Position numbers and translations under genes: made by a program. Below, one piece after another: positions 1 to 14,623 of a stretch of DNA of 64,000 nucleotides. The stretch's first letter is position 1, and each line of letters starts with the position of its first letter. The stretch spans positions 296,360,001 through 296,424,000 of the forward strand of contig OZ024740.1 in NCBI GenBank assembly GCA_964016885.1. The letters are read 5' to 3'. Below the pieces are notes generated by a model. That model was not told where the DNA came from. It made no database searches and worked only from the letters and a program-made list of their open reading frames with translations. Origin of the DNA: Eledone cirrhosa. Its lineage: Eukaryota.

Positions 1-1297
1 CATTTTTTATTTGGCGGATCCATTTTTTATTTGGGGGATCCATTTTACATTTGGGTGATCCATTTTTTATTTGGGTGATCCATATTTTATTTGGGGGATC
101 CATTTTTTATTTGGGGGATCCATTTTTTATTTGGGTGATCCATTTTTTATTTGGGGGATCCATTTTTTATTTGGGTGATCCATTTTTTATTTGGGTGATC
201 CAGTTTTTGTTTGGGTGATCCATTTTTTATTTGGGGGATCCATTTTTTATTTGGGTGATCCATTTTTTATTTGTTGGATCCATTTTTTATTTGGGGGATC
301 CATTTTTTATTTGGGGATTCCATTTTTTATTTGGGGGATCCATTTTACATTTGGGTGATCCATTTTTTATTTGGGTGATCCATTTTTTATTTGGGGGATC
401 CATTTTTTATTTAGGGGATCCATTTTTTATTTGGGGGTTCCATTTTTTATTTGGGTGATCCATTTTTTATTTGGGGGATCCATTTTTTATTTAGGTGATC
501 CATTTTTTAGTTGGGTGATCCATTTTTATTTGGGGGATCCATTTTTTATTTGTGTGATCCATTTTTTATTTGGCGGATCCATTTTTTATTTGGGGGATCC
601 ATTTTTTATTTGGGGATCCATTTTTTATTTAGGTGATCAATTTTTTAGTTGGGTGATCCATTTTTATTTGGGGGATCCATTTTTTATTTGTGTGATCCAT
701 TTTTTATTTGGCGTATCCATTTTTATTTGGGGGATCCATTTTTTATTTGTGTGATCCATTTTTTATTTGGCAGATCCATTTTTTATTTGGGGGATCCATT
801 TTTTATTTGGGTGATCCATTTTTTATTTGGGGGATCCATTTTTTATTTGGGTGATACATTTTTTATTTGGGGGATCCATTTTTTATTTGGGTGATCCATT
901 TTTTATTTGGGTGATCCATATTTTATTTGGGTGATCCATTTTTTATTTGGGGGATCCATTTTTTATTTGGGTGATCCAATTTTTTATTTGGGTGATCCAT
1001 TTTTTATTTGGGTGATCCATTTTTTATTTGGGTGATCCATTCTTTATTTGGGTGATCCATTTTTTATTTTGGGGATCTATTTTTTATTTGGGTGATCCAT
1101 TTTTTATTTGGGGATCCATTTTTTATTTGGGTGATCTATTTTTTATTTGGGGGATCCATTTTTTATTTGGGGGATCCATTTTTTATTTGGGTGATCCATT
1201 TTTTATTTGGGGGATCCATTTTTTATTTGGGTGATCCATTTTTTATTTGGGGGATCCATTTTTTATTTGGGGGGCCATTTTTTATTTGGGGATCCAT

Positions 1298-1374
1298 CAA
1301 ATAAAAAATGGATCACCCAAATAAAAAATGGATCACCCAAATAAAAAATGGATCCCTCAAATAAAAAATGGATC
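1298..1374 (-). repeat. Inverted island, class A (4 reverse monomers, last one GATCCCTCAAAT)
   Basis: GATCCAT|CAAATAAAAAATG x4, closing in GGATCC; the preceding monomer has GGCC instead of GATC. Confidence 0.95.
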
Positions 1375-2594
1375 CATTTTTTATTTGGGGGATCCATTTT
1401 TTATTTGGGGGTTCCATTTTTTATTTGGGGGATCCATTTTACATTTGGGTGATCCATTTTTTATTTGGGTGATCCATTTTTTATTTGGGGGATCCATTTT
1501 TTATTTGGGGGATCCATTTTTTATTTGGGTGATCCATTTTTTATTTGGGGGATCCATTTTTTATTTAGGTGATCCATTCTTTAGTTGGGTGATCCATTTA
1601 TATTTGGGGGATCCATTTTTTATTTGTGTGATCCATTTTTTATTTGGCAGATCCATTTTTTATTTGGGGGATCCATTTTTTATTTGGGTGATCCATTTTT
1701 TATTTGGGGGATCCATTTTTTATTTGGGTTATACATTTTTTATTTGGGGGATCCATTTTTTATTTGGGTGATCCATTTTTTATTTGGGTGATCCATATTT
1801 TATTTGGGTGATCCATTTTTTATTTGGGGGATCCATTTTTATTTGGGTGATCTATTTTTGATTTGGGTGATCCATTTTTTATTTGGGGGATCCATTTTTT
1901 ATTTGGGTGATCCATTTTTTATTTGGGGGATCCATTTTTTATTTGGGAGATCCATTTTTGATTTGGGTGATCCATTTTTTATTTGGGTGATCCATTTTTT
2001 ATTTGTTGGATCCATTTTTTATTTGGGGGATCCATTTTTTATTTGGGTGATCCATTTTTTATTTGGGGGATCCATTTTTTATTTGGGAGATCCATTTTTG
2101 ATTTGGGTGATCCATTTTTTATTTGGGTGATCCATTTTTTATTTGTTGGATCCATTTTTTATTTGGGGGATCCATTTTTATTTGGGGGACCCTATTTTTA
2201 TTTGGGGGATCCATTTTACATTTGGGGTATCCATTTTTTATTTGGGTGATCCATTTTTTATTTGGGGGATCCATTTTTTATTTGGGTGATCCATTTTTTA
2301 TTTGGGTGATCCATTTTTTATTTGGGTGATCCATTTTTTATTTGTTGGATCCATTTTTTATTTGGTGGATCGACTTTTTATTTGGGGGTTCCATTTTTTA
2401 TTTGGGGGATCCATTTTACATTTGGGTGATCCATTTTTTATTTGGGTGATCCATTTTTTATTTGGGGGATCCATTTTTTATTTGGGTGATCCATTTTTTA
2501 TTTGGGGGATCCATTTTTTATTTGGGTGATCCATTTTCTATTTGGGGGATCGATTTTTTATTTGGGGGTTCCATTTTTTATTTGGGGGATCCAT

Positions 2595-2671
2595 CAAATA
2601 AAAAATGGATCACCCAAATAAAATATGGATCACCCAAATAAAAAATGGATCCCCCAAATAGAAAATGGATC
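2595..2671 (-). repeat. Inverted island, class B (4 monomers, last AAATAGAAAATG; private AAATATGG variant)
   Basis: Reverse-complement monomers read directly. Confidence 0.95.
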
Positions 2672-3019
2672 CATTTTTTATTTGGGTGATCCATATTTTA
2701 TTTAGGGGATCCATTTTTTATTTGGGTGATCCATTTTTTATTTGGGTGATCCATTTTTTATTTGGGTGATCCATTTTTTATTTGGGTGATCCATTTTTTA
2801 TTTTGGGGATCTATTTATTATTTGGGTGATCCATTTTTTATTTGGGGGATCCATTTTTTATTTGGGTGATCCATTTTTTATTTGGGTGATCCAGTTTTTG
2901 TTTGGGTGATCCATTTTTTATTTGTTGGATCCATTTTTTATTTGGGGGATCCATTTTTTATTTGGGGGATCCATTTTTTATTTGGGTGATCCATTTTTTA
3001 TTTGGGGGATCCATTTTTT

Positions 3020-3490
3020 ATTTAGGTGATCCATTTTTTAGTTGGGTGATCCATTTTTTGGGGGGGGATCCATTTTTTATTTGTGTCATCCATTTTTTAT
3101 TTGGCGGATCCATTTTTATTTGGGGGATCCATTTTTTATTTGTGTGATCCATTTTTTATTTGGCAGATCCATTTTTTATTTGGGGGATCCATTTTTTATT
3201 TGGGTGATCCATTTTTTATTTGGGTGATCCATTTTTTATTTGGGGGATCCATTTTTTATTTAGGTGATCCATTTTTTAGTTGGGTGATCCATTTTTTTGG
3301 GGGGGATCCATTTTTTATTTGTGTCATCCATTTTTTATTTGGCGGATCCATTTTTATTTGGGGGATCCATTTTTTATTTGTGTGATCCATTTTTTATTTG
3401 GCAGATCCATTTTTTATTTGGGGGATCCATTTTTTATTTGGGTGATCCATTTTTTATTTGGGGGATCCATTTTTTATTTGGGTGATCCAT
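3020..3490 (+). repeat. Local tandem duplication, period about 238 bp (12 monomers)
   Basis: The variant series TTAGGT/TAGTT/long G-run/GTGTCATC/GGCG/GGCAG occurs twice; ORF starts 3042 and 3280 differ by 238. Boundaries approximate. Confidence 0.8.
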
Positions 3491-3866
3491 TTTTTATTTG
3501 GGTGATCCAGTTTTTGTTTGGGTGATCCATTTTTTATTTGGGGGATCCATTTTTTATTTGGGTGATCCATTTTTTATTTGTTGGATCCATTTTTTATTTG
3601 GGGGATCCATTTTTTATTTGGGGGTTCCATTTTTTATTTGGGGGATCCATTTTACATTTGGGTGATCCATTTTTTATTTGGGTGATCCATTTTTTATTTG
3701 GGGGATCCATTTTTTATTTAGGGGATCCATTTTTTATTTGGGGGTTCCATTTTTTATTTGGGTGATCCATTTTTTATTTGGGGGATCCATTTTTTATTTA
3801 GGTGATCCATTTTTTAGTTGGGTGATCCATTTTTATTTGGGGGATCCATTTTTTATTTGTGTGATC

Positions 3867-4850
3867 CATTTTTTATTTGGCGGATCCATTTTTTATTTGG
3901 GGGATCCATTTTACATTTGGGTGATCCATTTTTTATTTGGGTGATCCATATTTTATTTGGGGGATCCATTTTTTATTTGGGGGATCCATTTTTTATTTGG
4001 GTGATCCATTTTTTATTTGGGGGATCCATTTTTTATTTGGGTGATCCATTTTTTATTTGGGTGATCCAGTTTTTGTTTGGGTGATCCATTTTTTATTTGG
4101 GGGATCCATTTTTTATTTGGGTGATCCATTTTTTATTTGTTGGATCCATTTTTTATTTGGGGGATCCATTTTTTATTTGGGGGTTCCATTTTTTATTTGG
4201 GGGATCCATTTTACATTTGGGTGATCCATTTTTTATTTGGGTGATCCATTTTTTATTTGGGGGATCCATTTTTTATTTAGGGGATCCATTTTTTATTTGG
4301 GGGTTCCATTTTTTATTTGGGTGATCCATTTTTTATTTGGGGGATCCATTTTTTATTTAGGTGATCCATTTTTTAGTTGGGTGATCCATTTTTATTTGGG
4401 GGATCCATTTTTTATTTGTGTGATCCATTTTTTATTTGGCGGATCCATTTTTTATTTGGGGGATCCATTTTTTATTTGGGGATCCATTTTTTATTTAGGT
4501 GATCAATTTTTTAGTTGGGTGATCCATTTTTATTTGGGGGATCCATTTTTTATTTGTGTGATCCATTTTTTATTTGGCGTATCCATTTTTATTTGGGGGA
4601 TCCATTTTTTATTTGTGTGATCCATTTTTTATTTGGCAGATCCATTTTTTATTTGGGGGATCCATTTTTTATTTGGGTGATCCATTTTTTATTTGGGGGA
4701 TCCATTTTTTATTTGGGTGATACATTTTTTATTTGGGGGATCCATTTTTTATTTGGGTGATCCATTTTTTATTTGGGTGATCCATATTTTATTTGGGTGA
4801 TCCATTTTTTATTTGGGGGATCCATTTTTTATTTGGGTGATCCAATTTTT
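3867..4850 (+). repeat. Segmental copy of about 1-985 (offset 3866 bp)
   Basis: Identical ORF translations 231/4097, 371/4237, 649/4515; shared GATCAATT and GGCGTATC variants. Boundaries approximate. Confidence 0.85.
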
Positions 4851-7303
4851 TATTTGGGTGATCCATTTTTTATTTGGGTGATCCATTTTTTATTTGGGTG
4901 ATCCATTTTTTATTTGGGGGATCCATTTTTTATTTGGGTGATCCATTTTTGATTTGGTTGATCCACTTTTTATTTGGGGGATCCATTTTTTATTTGGGTG
5001 ATCCATTTTTTATTTGGGGGATCCATTTTTTATTTGGGAGATCCATTTTTGATTTGGGTGATCCATTTTTTATTTGGGTGATTCATTTTTTATTTGTTGG
5101 ATCCATTTTTTATTTGGGGGATCCATTTTTATTTGGGGGACCCTATTTTTATTTGGGGGATCCATTTTACATTTGGGTGATCCATTTTTTATTTGGGTGA
5201 TCCATTTTTTATTTGGTGGATCCATTTTTTATTTGGGGTATCCATTTTTTATTTGGGTGATCCATTTTTTATTTGGGGGATCCATTTTTTATTTGGGTTA
5301 TCCATTTTTTATTTGGGTGATCCATTTTTTATTTGGGTGATCCATTTTTTATTTGTTGGATCCATTTTTTATTTGGGGGATCCATTTTTTATTTGGGGGT
5401 TCCATTTTTTATTTGGGGGATCCATTTTACATTTGGGTGATCCATTTTTTATTTGGGTGATCCATTTTTTATTTGGGGGATCCATTTTTTATTTGGGTGA
5501 TCCATTTTTTATTTGGGTGATCCAGTTTTTGTTTGGGTGATCCATTTTTTATTTGGGGGATCCATTTTTTATTTGGGTGATCCATTTTTTATTTGTTGGA
5601 TCCATTTTTTATTTGGGGGATCCATTTTTTATTTGGGGGTTCCATTTTTTATTTGGGGGATCCATTTTACATTTGGGTGATCCATTTTTTATTTGGGTGA
5701 TCCCTTTTTTATTTGGGGGATCCATTTTTTATTTAGGTGATCCATTTTTTAGTTGGGTGATCCATTTTTTATTTGTGTGATCCATTTTTTATTTGGGGGA
5801 TCCATTTTTTATTTGGGGGTTCCATTTTTTATTTGGGTGATCCATTTTTTATTTGGGGGATCCATTTTTTATTTAGGTGATCCATTTTTTAGTTGGGTGA
5901 TCCATTTTTTATTTGTGTGATCCATTTTTTATTTGGCGGATCCATTTTTTATTTGGGGGATCCATTTTTTATTTGGGTGATCCATTTTTTATTTGGGGTA
6001 TCCATTTTTTATTAGGGTGATACATTTTTTATTTGGGGGATCCATTTTTTATTTGGGTGATCCATTTTTTATTTGGGTGATCCATATTTTATTTGCGTGA
6101 TCCATTTTTTATTTGGGTGATCCATTTTTTATTTGGGTGATCCATTTTTTATTTGGGGGATCCATTTTTTATTTGGGTGATCCATTTTTTATTTGGGTGA
6201 TCCATTTTTTATTTGGGGGATCCATTTTTTATTTGGGTGATCCATTTATTATTTGGGGGATCCAGTTTTTGTTTGGGTGATCCATTTTTTATTTGGGGGA
6301 ACCATTTTTTATTTGGGTGATCCATATTTTATTTAGGGGATCCATTTTTTATTTGGGTGATCCATTTTTTATTTGGGTGATCCATTTTTTATTTGGGTGA
6401 TCCATTTTTTATTTTGGGGATCTATTTTTTATTTGGGTGATCCATTTTTTATTTGGGGGATCCATTTTTTTTTTTGGTGATCCATTTTTTATTTGGGGAT
6501 CCATTTTTTATTTGGGGGATCCATTTTTTATTTGGGTGATCCATTTTTTATTTGGGGGATCCATTTTTTATTTGGGTGATCCATTTTTAATTTGGGGATC
6601 CATTTTTTATTTGGGTGATCCATTTTTTATTTGGGGGATCCATTTTTTATATGGGTGATCCATTTTTTATTTGGGGGATCCATTTTGTATTTGGGTGATC
6701 CATTTTTTATTTGGGGGATCCATTTTTTATTTGGGGGATCCATTTTTTATTTGGGTGATCCACATTTTATTTGGGTGATCCAATTTTTATTTGAGGGATC
6801 CATTTTTTATTTGGGTGATCCATTTTTTATTTGGGTGATCCATTTTTTATTTGGGTGATCCATTTTCTATTTGGGTGATCCATTTTTTATTTGGGGGATC
6901 CATTTTTTATTTGGATGATCCATTTTTTATTTGGGGGATCCATTTTTTATTTGGGCGATCCAATTTTTATTTGGGGGATCCATTATTTATTTGTGTGATC
7001 CATTTTATATTTGGGGGATCCATTTTTTATTTGGGTGATCCATTTTTTATTTTGGAGATCCATTTTTTATTTGGGGGATCCATTTTTTATTTGGGGGATC
7101 CATTTTTTATTTGGGTGATCCATTTTTTATTTGGGTGATCCATTTTTTATTTGTTGGATCCATTTTTTATTTGGGGGATCCATTTTTTATTTGGGGGCTC
7201 CATTTTTTATTTGGGGGATCCATTTTACATTTGGGTGATCCATTTTTTATTTGGGTGATCCATTTTTTATTTGGGGGTTCCATTTTTTATTTGGGGGATC
7301 CAT

Positions 7304-7340
7304 CAAATAAAAAATGGATCCCCCAAATAAAAAATGGATC
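7304..7340 (-). repeat. Inverted island, class C (2 monomers, CCCC)
   Basis: Reverse-complement monomers read directly. Confidence 0.95.
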
Positions 7341-7659
7341 CATTTTTTATTTGGGTGATCCATTTTTTATTTGGGGGATCCATTTTTTATTTGGGTGATC
7401 CAGTTTTTGTTTGGGTGATCCATTTTTTATTTGGGGGATCCATTTTTTATTTGGGTGATCCATATTTTATTTAGGGGATCGATTTTTTATTTGGTGATCC
7501 ATTTTTTATTTGGGTGATCCATTCTTTATTTGGGTGATCCATTTTTTATTTTGGGGATCTATTTTTTATTTGGGTGATCCATTTTTTATTTGGGGATCCA
7601 TTTTTTATTTGGGTGATCCATTTTTTATTTGGGGGATCCATTTTTTATTTGGGGGATCC

Positions 7660-10600
7660 ATTTTTTATTTGGGTGATCCATTTTTTATTTGGGGGATCCA
7701 TTTTTTATTTGGGTGATCCATTTTTTATTTGGGGGATCCATTTTTTATTTGGGTGATCCATTTTTTATTTGGGTGATCCATTTTTTATTTGGGTGATCCA
7801 TTTTTTATTTGTTGGATCCATTTTTTATTTGGGGGATCCATTTTTTATTTGGGGGTTCCATTTTTTATTTGGGGGATCCATTTTACATTTGGGTGATCCA
7901 TTTTTTATTTGGGTGATCCATTTTTTATTTGGGTGATCCATTTTTTATTTGGGTGATCCAGTTTTTGTTTGCGTGATCCATTTTTTATTTGGGGGATCCA
8001 TTTTTTATTTGGGTGATCCATTTTTTATTTGTTGGATCCATTTTTTATTTGGGGGATCCATTTTTTATTTGGGGGATCCATTTTTTATTTGGGTGATCCA
8101 TTTTTTATTTGGGGGATCCATTTTTTATTTAGGTGATCCATTTTTTAGTTGGGTGATCCATTTTTTTTGGGGGGGATCCATTTTTTATTTGTGTCATCCA
8201 TTTTTTATTTGGCGGATCCATTTTTATTTGGGGGATCCATTTTTTATTTGTGTGATCCATTTTTTATTTGGCAGATCCATTTTTTATTTGCGGGATCCAT
8301 TTTTTATTTGGGTGATCCATTTTTTATTTGGGGGATCCATTTTTTATTTGGGTGATCCATTTTTTATTTGGGTGATCCAGTTTTTGTTTGGGTGATCCAT
8401 TTTTTATTTGGGGGATCCATTTTTTATTTGGGTGATCCATTTTTTATTTGTTGGATCCATTTTTTATTTGGGGGATCCATTTTTTATTTGGGGGTTCCAT
8501 TTTTTATTTGGGGGATCCATTTTACATTTGGGTGATCCATTTTTTATTTGGGTGATCCATTTTTTATTTGGGGGATCCATTTTTTATTTAGGGGATCCAT
8601 TTTTTATTTGGGGGATCCATTTTTTATTTGGGTGATCCATTTTTTATTTGTTGGATCCATTTTTTATTTGGGGGATCCATTTTTTATTTGGGGGTTCCAT
8701 TTTTTATTTGGGGGATCCATTTTACATTTGGGTGATCCATTTTTTATTTGGGTGATCCATTTTTTATTTGGCGTATCCATTTTTATTTGGGGGATCCATT
8801 TTTTATTTGTGTGATCCATTTTTTATTTGGCAGATCCATTTTTTATTTGGGGGATCCATTTTTTATTTGGGTGATCCATTTTTTATTTGGGGGATCCATT
8901 TTTTATTTGGGTGATACATTTTTTATTTGGGGGATCCATTTTTTATTTGGGTGATCCATTTTTTATTTGGGTGATCCATATTTTATTTGGGTGATCCATT
9001 TTTTATTTGGGGGATCCATTTTTTATTTGGGTGATCCAATTTTTTATTTGGGTGATCCATTTTTTATTTGGGTGATCCATTTTTTATTTGGGTGATCCAT
9101 TTTTTATTTGGGGGATCCATTTTTTATTTGGGTGATACATTTTTGATTTGGGTGATCCATTTTTTATTTGGGGGATCCATTTTTTATTTGGGTGATCCAT
9201 TTTTTATTTGGGGGATCCATTTTTTATTTGGGAGATCCATTTTTTATTTGGGTGATCCATTTTTTATTTGGGTGATTCATTTTTTATTTGTTGGATCCAT
9301 TTTTTATTTGGGGGATCCATTTTTATTTGGGGGACCCTATTTTTATTTGGGGGATCCATTTTACATTTGGGTGATCCATTTTTTATTTGGATGATCCATT
9401 TTTTATTTGGTGGATCCATTTTTTATTTGGGGTATCCATTTTTTATTTGGGTGATCCATTTTTTATTTGGGGGATCCATTTTTTATTTGGGTTATCCATT
9501 TTTTATTTGGGTGATCCATTTTTTATTTGGGTGATCCATTTTTTATTTGTTGGATCCATTTTTTATTTGGGGGATCCATTTTTTATTTGGGGGTTCCATT
9601 TTTTATTTGAGGGATCCATTTTACATTTGGGTGATCCATTTTTTATTTGGGTGACCCATTTTTTATTCGGGGGATCCATTTTTTATTTGGGGGATCCATT
9701 TTTTATTAGGGTTTCCATTTTTTATTTGGGTGATCCATTTTTTATTTGGGGGATCCATTTTTTATTTAGGTGATCCATTTTTTAGTTGGGTGATCCATTT
9801 TTTATTTGTGTGATCCATTTTTTATTTGGGGGATCCATTTTTTATTTGGGGGATCCATTTTTTATTTAGGTGATCCATTTTTAGTTGGGTGATCCATTTT
9901 TTATTTGTGTGATCCATTTTTTATTTGGGGGATCCATTTTTTATTTGGGGGTTCCATTTTTTATTTGGGTGATCCATTTTTTATTTGGGGGATCCATTTT
10001 TTATTTAGGTGATCCATTTTTTAGTTGGGTGATCCATTTTTTATTTGTGTGATCCATTTTTTATTTGGCGGATCCATTTTTTATTTGGGGGATCCATTTT
10101 TTATTTGGGTGATCCATTTTTTATTTGGGTGATCCATTTTTTATTTGGGTGATCCATATTTTATTTGCGTGATCCATTTTTTATTTGGGTGATCCATTTT
10201 TTATTTGGGTGATCCATTTTTTATTTGGGGGATCCATTTTTTATTTGGGTGATCCATTTTTTATTTGGGTGATCCATTTTTTATTTGGGGGATCCATTTT
10301 TTATTTGGGTGATCCATTTTTTATTTGGGGGATCCAGTTTTTGTTTGGGTGATCCATTTTTTATTTGGGTGATCCATTTTTTATTTGGGGGATCCATTTT
10401 TTATTTGGGTGATCCATTTTTTATTTGGGGGATCCATTTTTTATTTGGGTGATCCATTTTTTATTTGGGTGATCCATTTTTTATTTGGGTGATCCATTTT
10501 TTATTTGTTGGATCCATTTTTTATTTGGGGGATCCATTTTTTATTTGGGGGTTCCATTTTTTATTTGGGGGATCCATTTTACATTTGGGTGATCCATTTT

Positions 10601-13050
10601 TTATTTGGGTGATCCATTTTTTATTTGGGTGATCCATTTTTTATTTGGGTGATCCAGTTTTTGTTTGCGTGATCCATTTTTTATTTGGGGGATCCATTTT
10701 TTATTTGGGTGATCCATTTTTTATTTGTTGGATCCATTTTTTATTTGGGGGATCCATTTTTTATTTGGGGGATCCATTTTTTATTTGGGTGATCCATTTT
10801 TTATTTGGGGGATCCATTTTTTATTTAGGTGATCCATTTTTTAGTTGGGTGATCCATTTTTTTTGGGGGGGATCCATTTTTTATTTGTGTCATCCATTTT
10901 TTATTTGGCGGATCCATTTTTATTTGGGGGATCCATTTTTTATTTGTGTGATCCATTTTTTATTTGGCAGATCCATTTTTTATTTGCGGGATCCATTTTT
11001 TATTTGGGTGATCCATTTTTTATTTGGGGGATCCATTTTTTATTTGGGTGATCCATTTTTTATTTGGGTGATCCAGTTTTTGTTTGGGTGATCCATTTTT
11101 TATTTGGGGGATCCATTTTTTATTTGGGTGATCCATTTTTTATTTGTTGGATCCATTTTTTATTTGGGGGATCCATTTTTTATTTGGGGGTTCCATTTTT
11201 TATTTGGGGGATCCATTTTACATTTGGGTGATCCATTTTTTATTTGGGTGATCCATTTTTTATTTGGGGGATCCATTTTTTATTTAGGGGATCCATTTTT
11301 TATTTGGGGGATCCATTTTTTATTTGGGTGATCCATTTTTTATTTGTTGGATCCATTTTTTATTTGGGGGATCCATTTTTTATTTGGGGGTTCCATTTTT
11401 TATTTGGGGGATCCATTTTACATTTGGGTGATCCATTTTTTATTTGGGTGATCCATTTTTTATTTGGCGTATCCATTTTTATTTGGGGGATCCATTTTTT
11501 ATTTGTGTGATCCATTTTTTATTTGGCAGATCCATTTTTTATTTGGGGGATCCATTTTTTATTTGGGTGATCCATTTTTTATTTGGGGGATCCATTTTTT
11601 ATTTGGGTGATACATTTTTTATTTGGGGGATCCATTTTTTATTTGGGTGATCCATTTTTTATTTGGGTGATCCATATTTTATTTGGGTGATCCATTTTTT
11701 ATTTGGGGGATCCATTTTTTATTTGGGTGATCCAATTTTTTATTTGGGTGATCCATTTTTTATTTGGGTGATCCATTTTTTATTTGGGTGATCCATTTTT
11801 TATTTGGGGGATCCATTTTTTATTTGGGTGATACATTTTTGATTTGGGTGATCCATTTTTTATTTGGGGGATCCATTTTTTATTTGGGTGATCCATTTTT
11901 TATTTGGGGGATCCATTTTTTATTTGGGAGATCCATTTTTTATTTGGGTGATCCATTTTTTATTTGGGTGATTCATTTTTTATTTGTTGGATCCATTTTT
12001 TATTTGGGGGATCCATTTTTATTTGGGGGACCCTATTTTTATTTGGGGGATCCATTTTACATTTGGGTGATCCATTTTTTATTTGGATGATCCATTTTTT
12101 ATTTGGTGGATCCATTTTTTATTTGGGGTATCCATTTTTTATTTGGGTGATCCATTTTTTATTTGGGGGATCCATTTTTTATTTGGGTTATCCATTTTTT
12201 ATTTGGGTGATCCATTTTTTATTTGGGTGATCCATTTTTTATTTGTTGGATCCATTTTTTATTTGGGGGATCCATTTTTTATTTGGGGGTTCCATTTTTT
12301 ATTTGAGGGATCCATTTTACATTTGGGTGATCCATTTTTTATTTGGGTGACCCATTTTTTATTCGGGGGATCCATTTTTTATTTGGGGGATCCATTTTTT
12401 ATTAGGGTTTCCATTTTTTATTTGGGTGATCCATTTTTTATTTGGGGGATCCATTTTTTATTTAGGTGATCCATTTTTTAGTTGGGTGATCCATTTTTTA
12501 TTTGTGTGATCCATTTTTTATTTGGGGGATCCATTTTTTATTTGGGGGATCCATTTTTTATTTAGGTGATCCATTTTTAGTTGGGTGATCCATTTTTTAT
12601 TTGTGTGATCCATTTTTTATTTGGGGGATCCATTTTTTATTTGGGGGTTCCATTTTTTATTTGGGTGATCCATTTTTTATTTGGGGGATCCATTTTTTAT
12701 TTAGGTGATCCATTTTTTAGTTGGGTGATCCATTTTTTATTTGTGTGATCCATTTTTTATTTGGCGGATCCATTTTTTATTTGGGGGATCCATTTTTTAT
12801 TTGGGTGATCCATTTTTTATTTGGGTGATCCATTTTTTATTTGGGTGATCCATATTTTATTTGCGTGATCCATTTTTTATTTGGGTGATCCATTTTTTAT
12901 TTGGGTGATCCATTTTTTATTTGGGGGATCCATTTTTTATTTGGGTGATCCATTTTTTATTTGGGTGATCCATTTTTTATTTGGGGGATCCATTTTTTAT
13001 TTGGGTGATCCATTTTTTATTTGGGGGATCCAGTTTTTGTTTGGGTGATC
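7660..13050 (+). repeat. Near-perfect tandem duplication, period 2696 bp, island-free
   Basis: ORF pairs 7949/10645, 8408/11104, 9068/11764, 9387/12083 are identical and all offset by 2696; rare variants such as ATTAGGGTTTCC and GTGACCC occur in both copies. Boundaries approximate. Confidence 0.9.
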
Positions 13051-14090
13051 CATTTTTTATTTGGGGGATCCATTTTTTATTTGGGTGATCCATATTTTAT
13101 TTAGGGGATCCATTTTTTATTTGGGTGATCCATTTTTTATTTGGGTGATCCATTTTTTATTTGGGTGATCCATTTTTTATTTTGGGGATCTATTTTTTAT
13201 TTGGGTGATCCATTTTTTATTTGGGGGATCCATTTTTTTTTTGGTGATCCATTTTTTATTTGGGGATCCATTTTTTATTTGGGGGATCCATTTTTTATTT
13301 GGGTGATCCATTTTTTATTTGGGGGATCCATTTTTTATTTGGGTGATCCATTTTTAATTTGGGGATCCATTTTTTATTTGGGTGATACATTTTTTATTTG
13401 GGGGATCCATTTTTTATATGGGTGATCCATTTTTTATTTGGGGGATCCATTTTGTATTTGGGTGATCCATTTTTTATTTGGGGGATCCATTTTTTATTTG
13501 GGGGATCCATTTTTTATTTGGGTGATCCACATTTTATTTGGGTGATCCAATTTTTATTTGAGGGATCCATTTTTTATTTGGGTGATCCATTTTTTATTTG
13601 GGTGATCCATTTTTTATTTGGGTGATCCATTTTCTATTTGGGTGATCCATTTTTTATTTGGGGGATCCATTTTTTATTTGGATGATCCATTTTTTATTTG
13701 GGGGATCCATTTTTTATTTGGGCGATCCAATTTTTATTTGGGTGATCCATTTTTTTATTGGGCGATCCATTTTTTATTTGGGTGATCCATTTTTTATTTG
13801 GGGGATCCATTATTTATTTGTGTGATCCATTTTTTATTTTGGAGATCCATTTTTTATTTGGGGGATCCATTTTTTATTTGGGGGATCCATTTTTTATTTG
13901 GGTGATCCATTTTTTATTTGGGTGATCCATTTTTTATTTGTTGGATCCATTTTTTATTTGGGGGATCCATTTTTTATTTGGGGGCTCCATTTTTTATTTG
14001 GGGGATCCATTTTACATTTGGGTGATCCATTTTTTATTTGGGTGATCCATTTTTTATTTGGGGGTTCCATTTTTTATTTGGGGGATCCAT

Positions 14091-14127
14091 CAAATAAAAA
14101 ATGGATCCCCCAAATAAAAAATGGATC
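14091..14127 (-). repeat. Inverted island, class C
   Basis: 2 reverse monomers. Confidence 0.95.
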
Positions 14128-14546
14128 CATTTTTTATTTGGGTGATCCATTTTTTATTTGGGGGATCCATTTTTTATTTGGGTGATCCAGTTTTTGTTTG
14201 GGTGATCCATTTTTTATTTGGGGGATCCATTTTTTATTTGGGTGATCCATATTTTATTTAGGGGATCGATTTTTTATTTGGTGATCCATTTTTTATTTGG
14301 GTGATCCATTCTTTATTTGGGTGATCCATTTTTTATTTTGGGGATCTATTTTTTATTTGGGTGATCCATTTTTTATTTGGGGATCCATTTTTTATTTGGG
14401 TGATCTATTTTTTATTTGGGGGATCCATTTTTTATTTGGGTGATCCATTTTTTATTTGGGGGATCCATTTTTTATTTGGGTGATCCATTTTTTATTTGGG
14501 GGATCCATTTTTTATTTGGGGGGCCATTTTTTATTTGGGGATCCAT

Positions 14547-14623
14547 CAAATAAAAAATGGATCACCCAAATAAAAAATGGATCACCCAAATAAAAAATGG
14601 ATCCCTCAAATAAAAAATGGATC
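14547..14623 (-). repeat. Inverted island, class A
   Basis: 4 reverse monomers, CCCTC variant. Confidence 0.95.

Noticed and set aside
1328-1771. ATG-initiated ORFs with a basic N-terminus (MDHPNKKWIPQIKNG) resembling a signal or membrane peptide
   Set aside because: The ATG and Lys-rich stretch are simply the inverted monomers read on the + strand.
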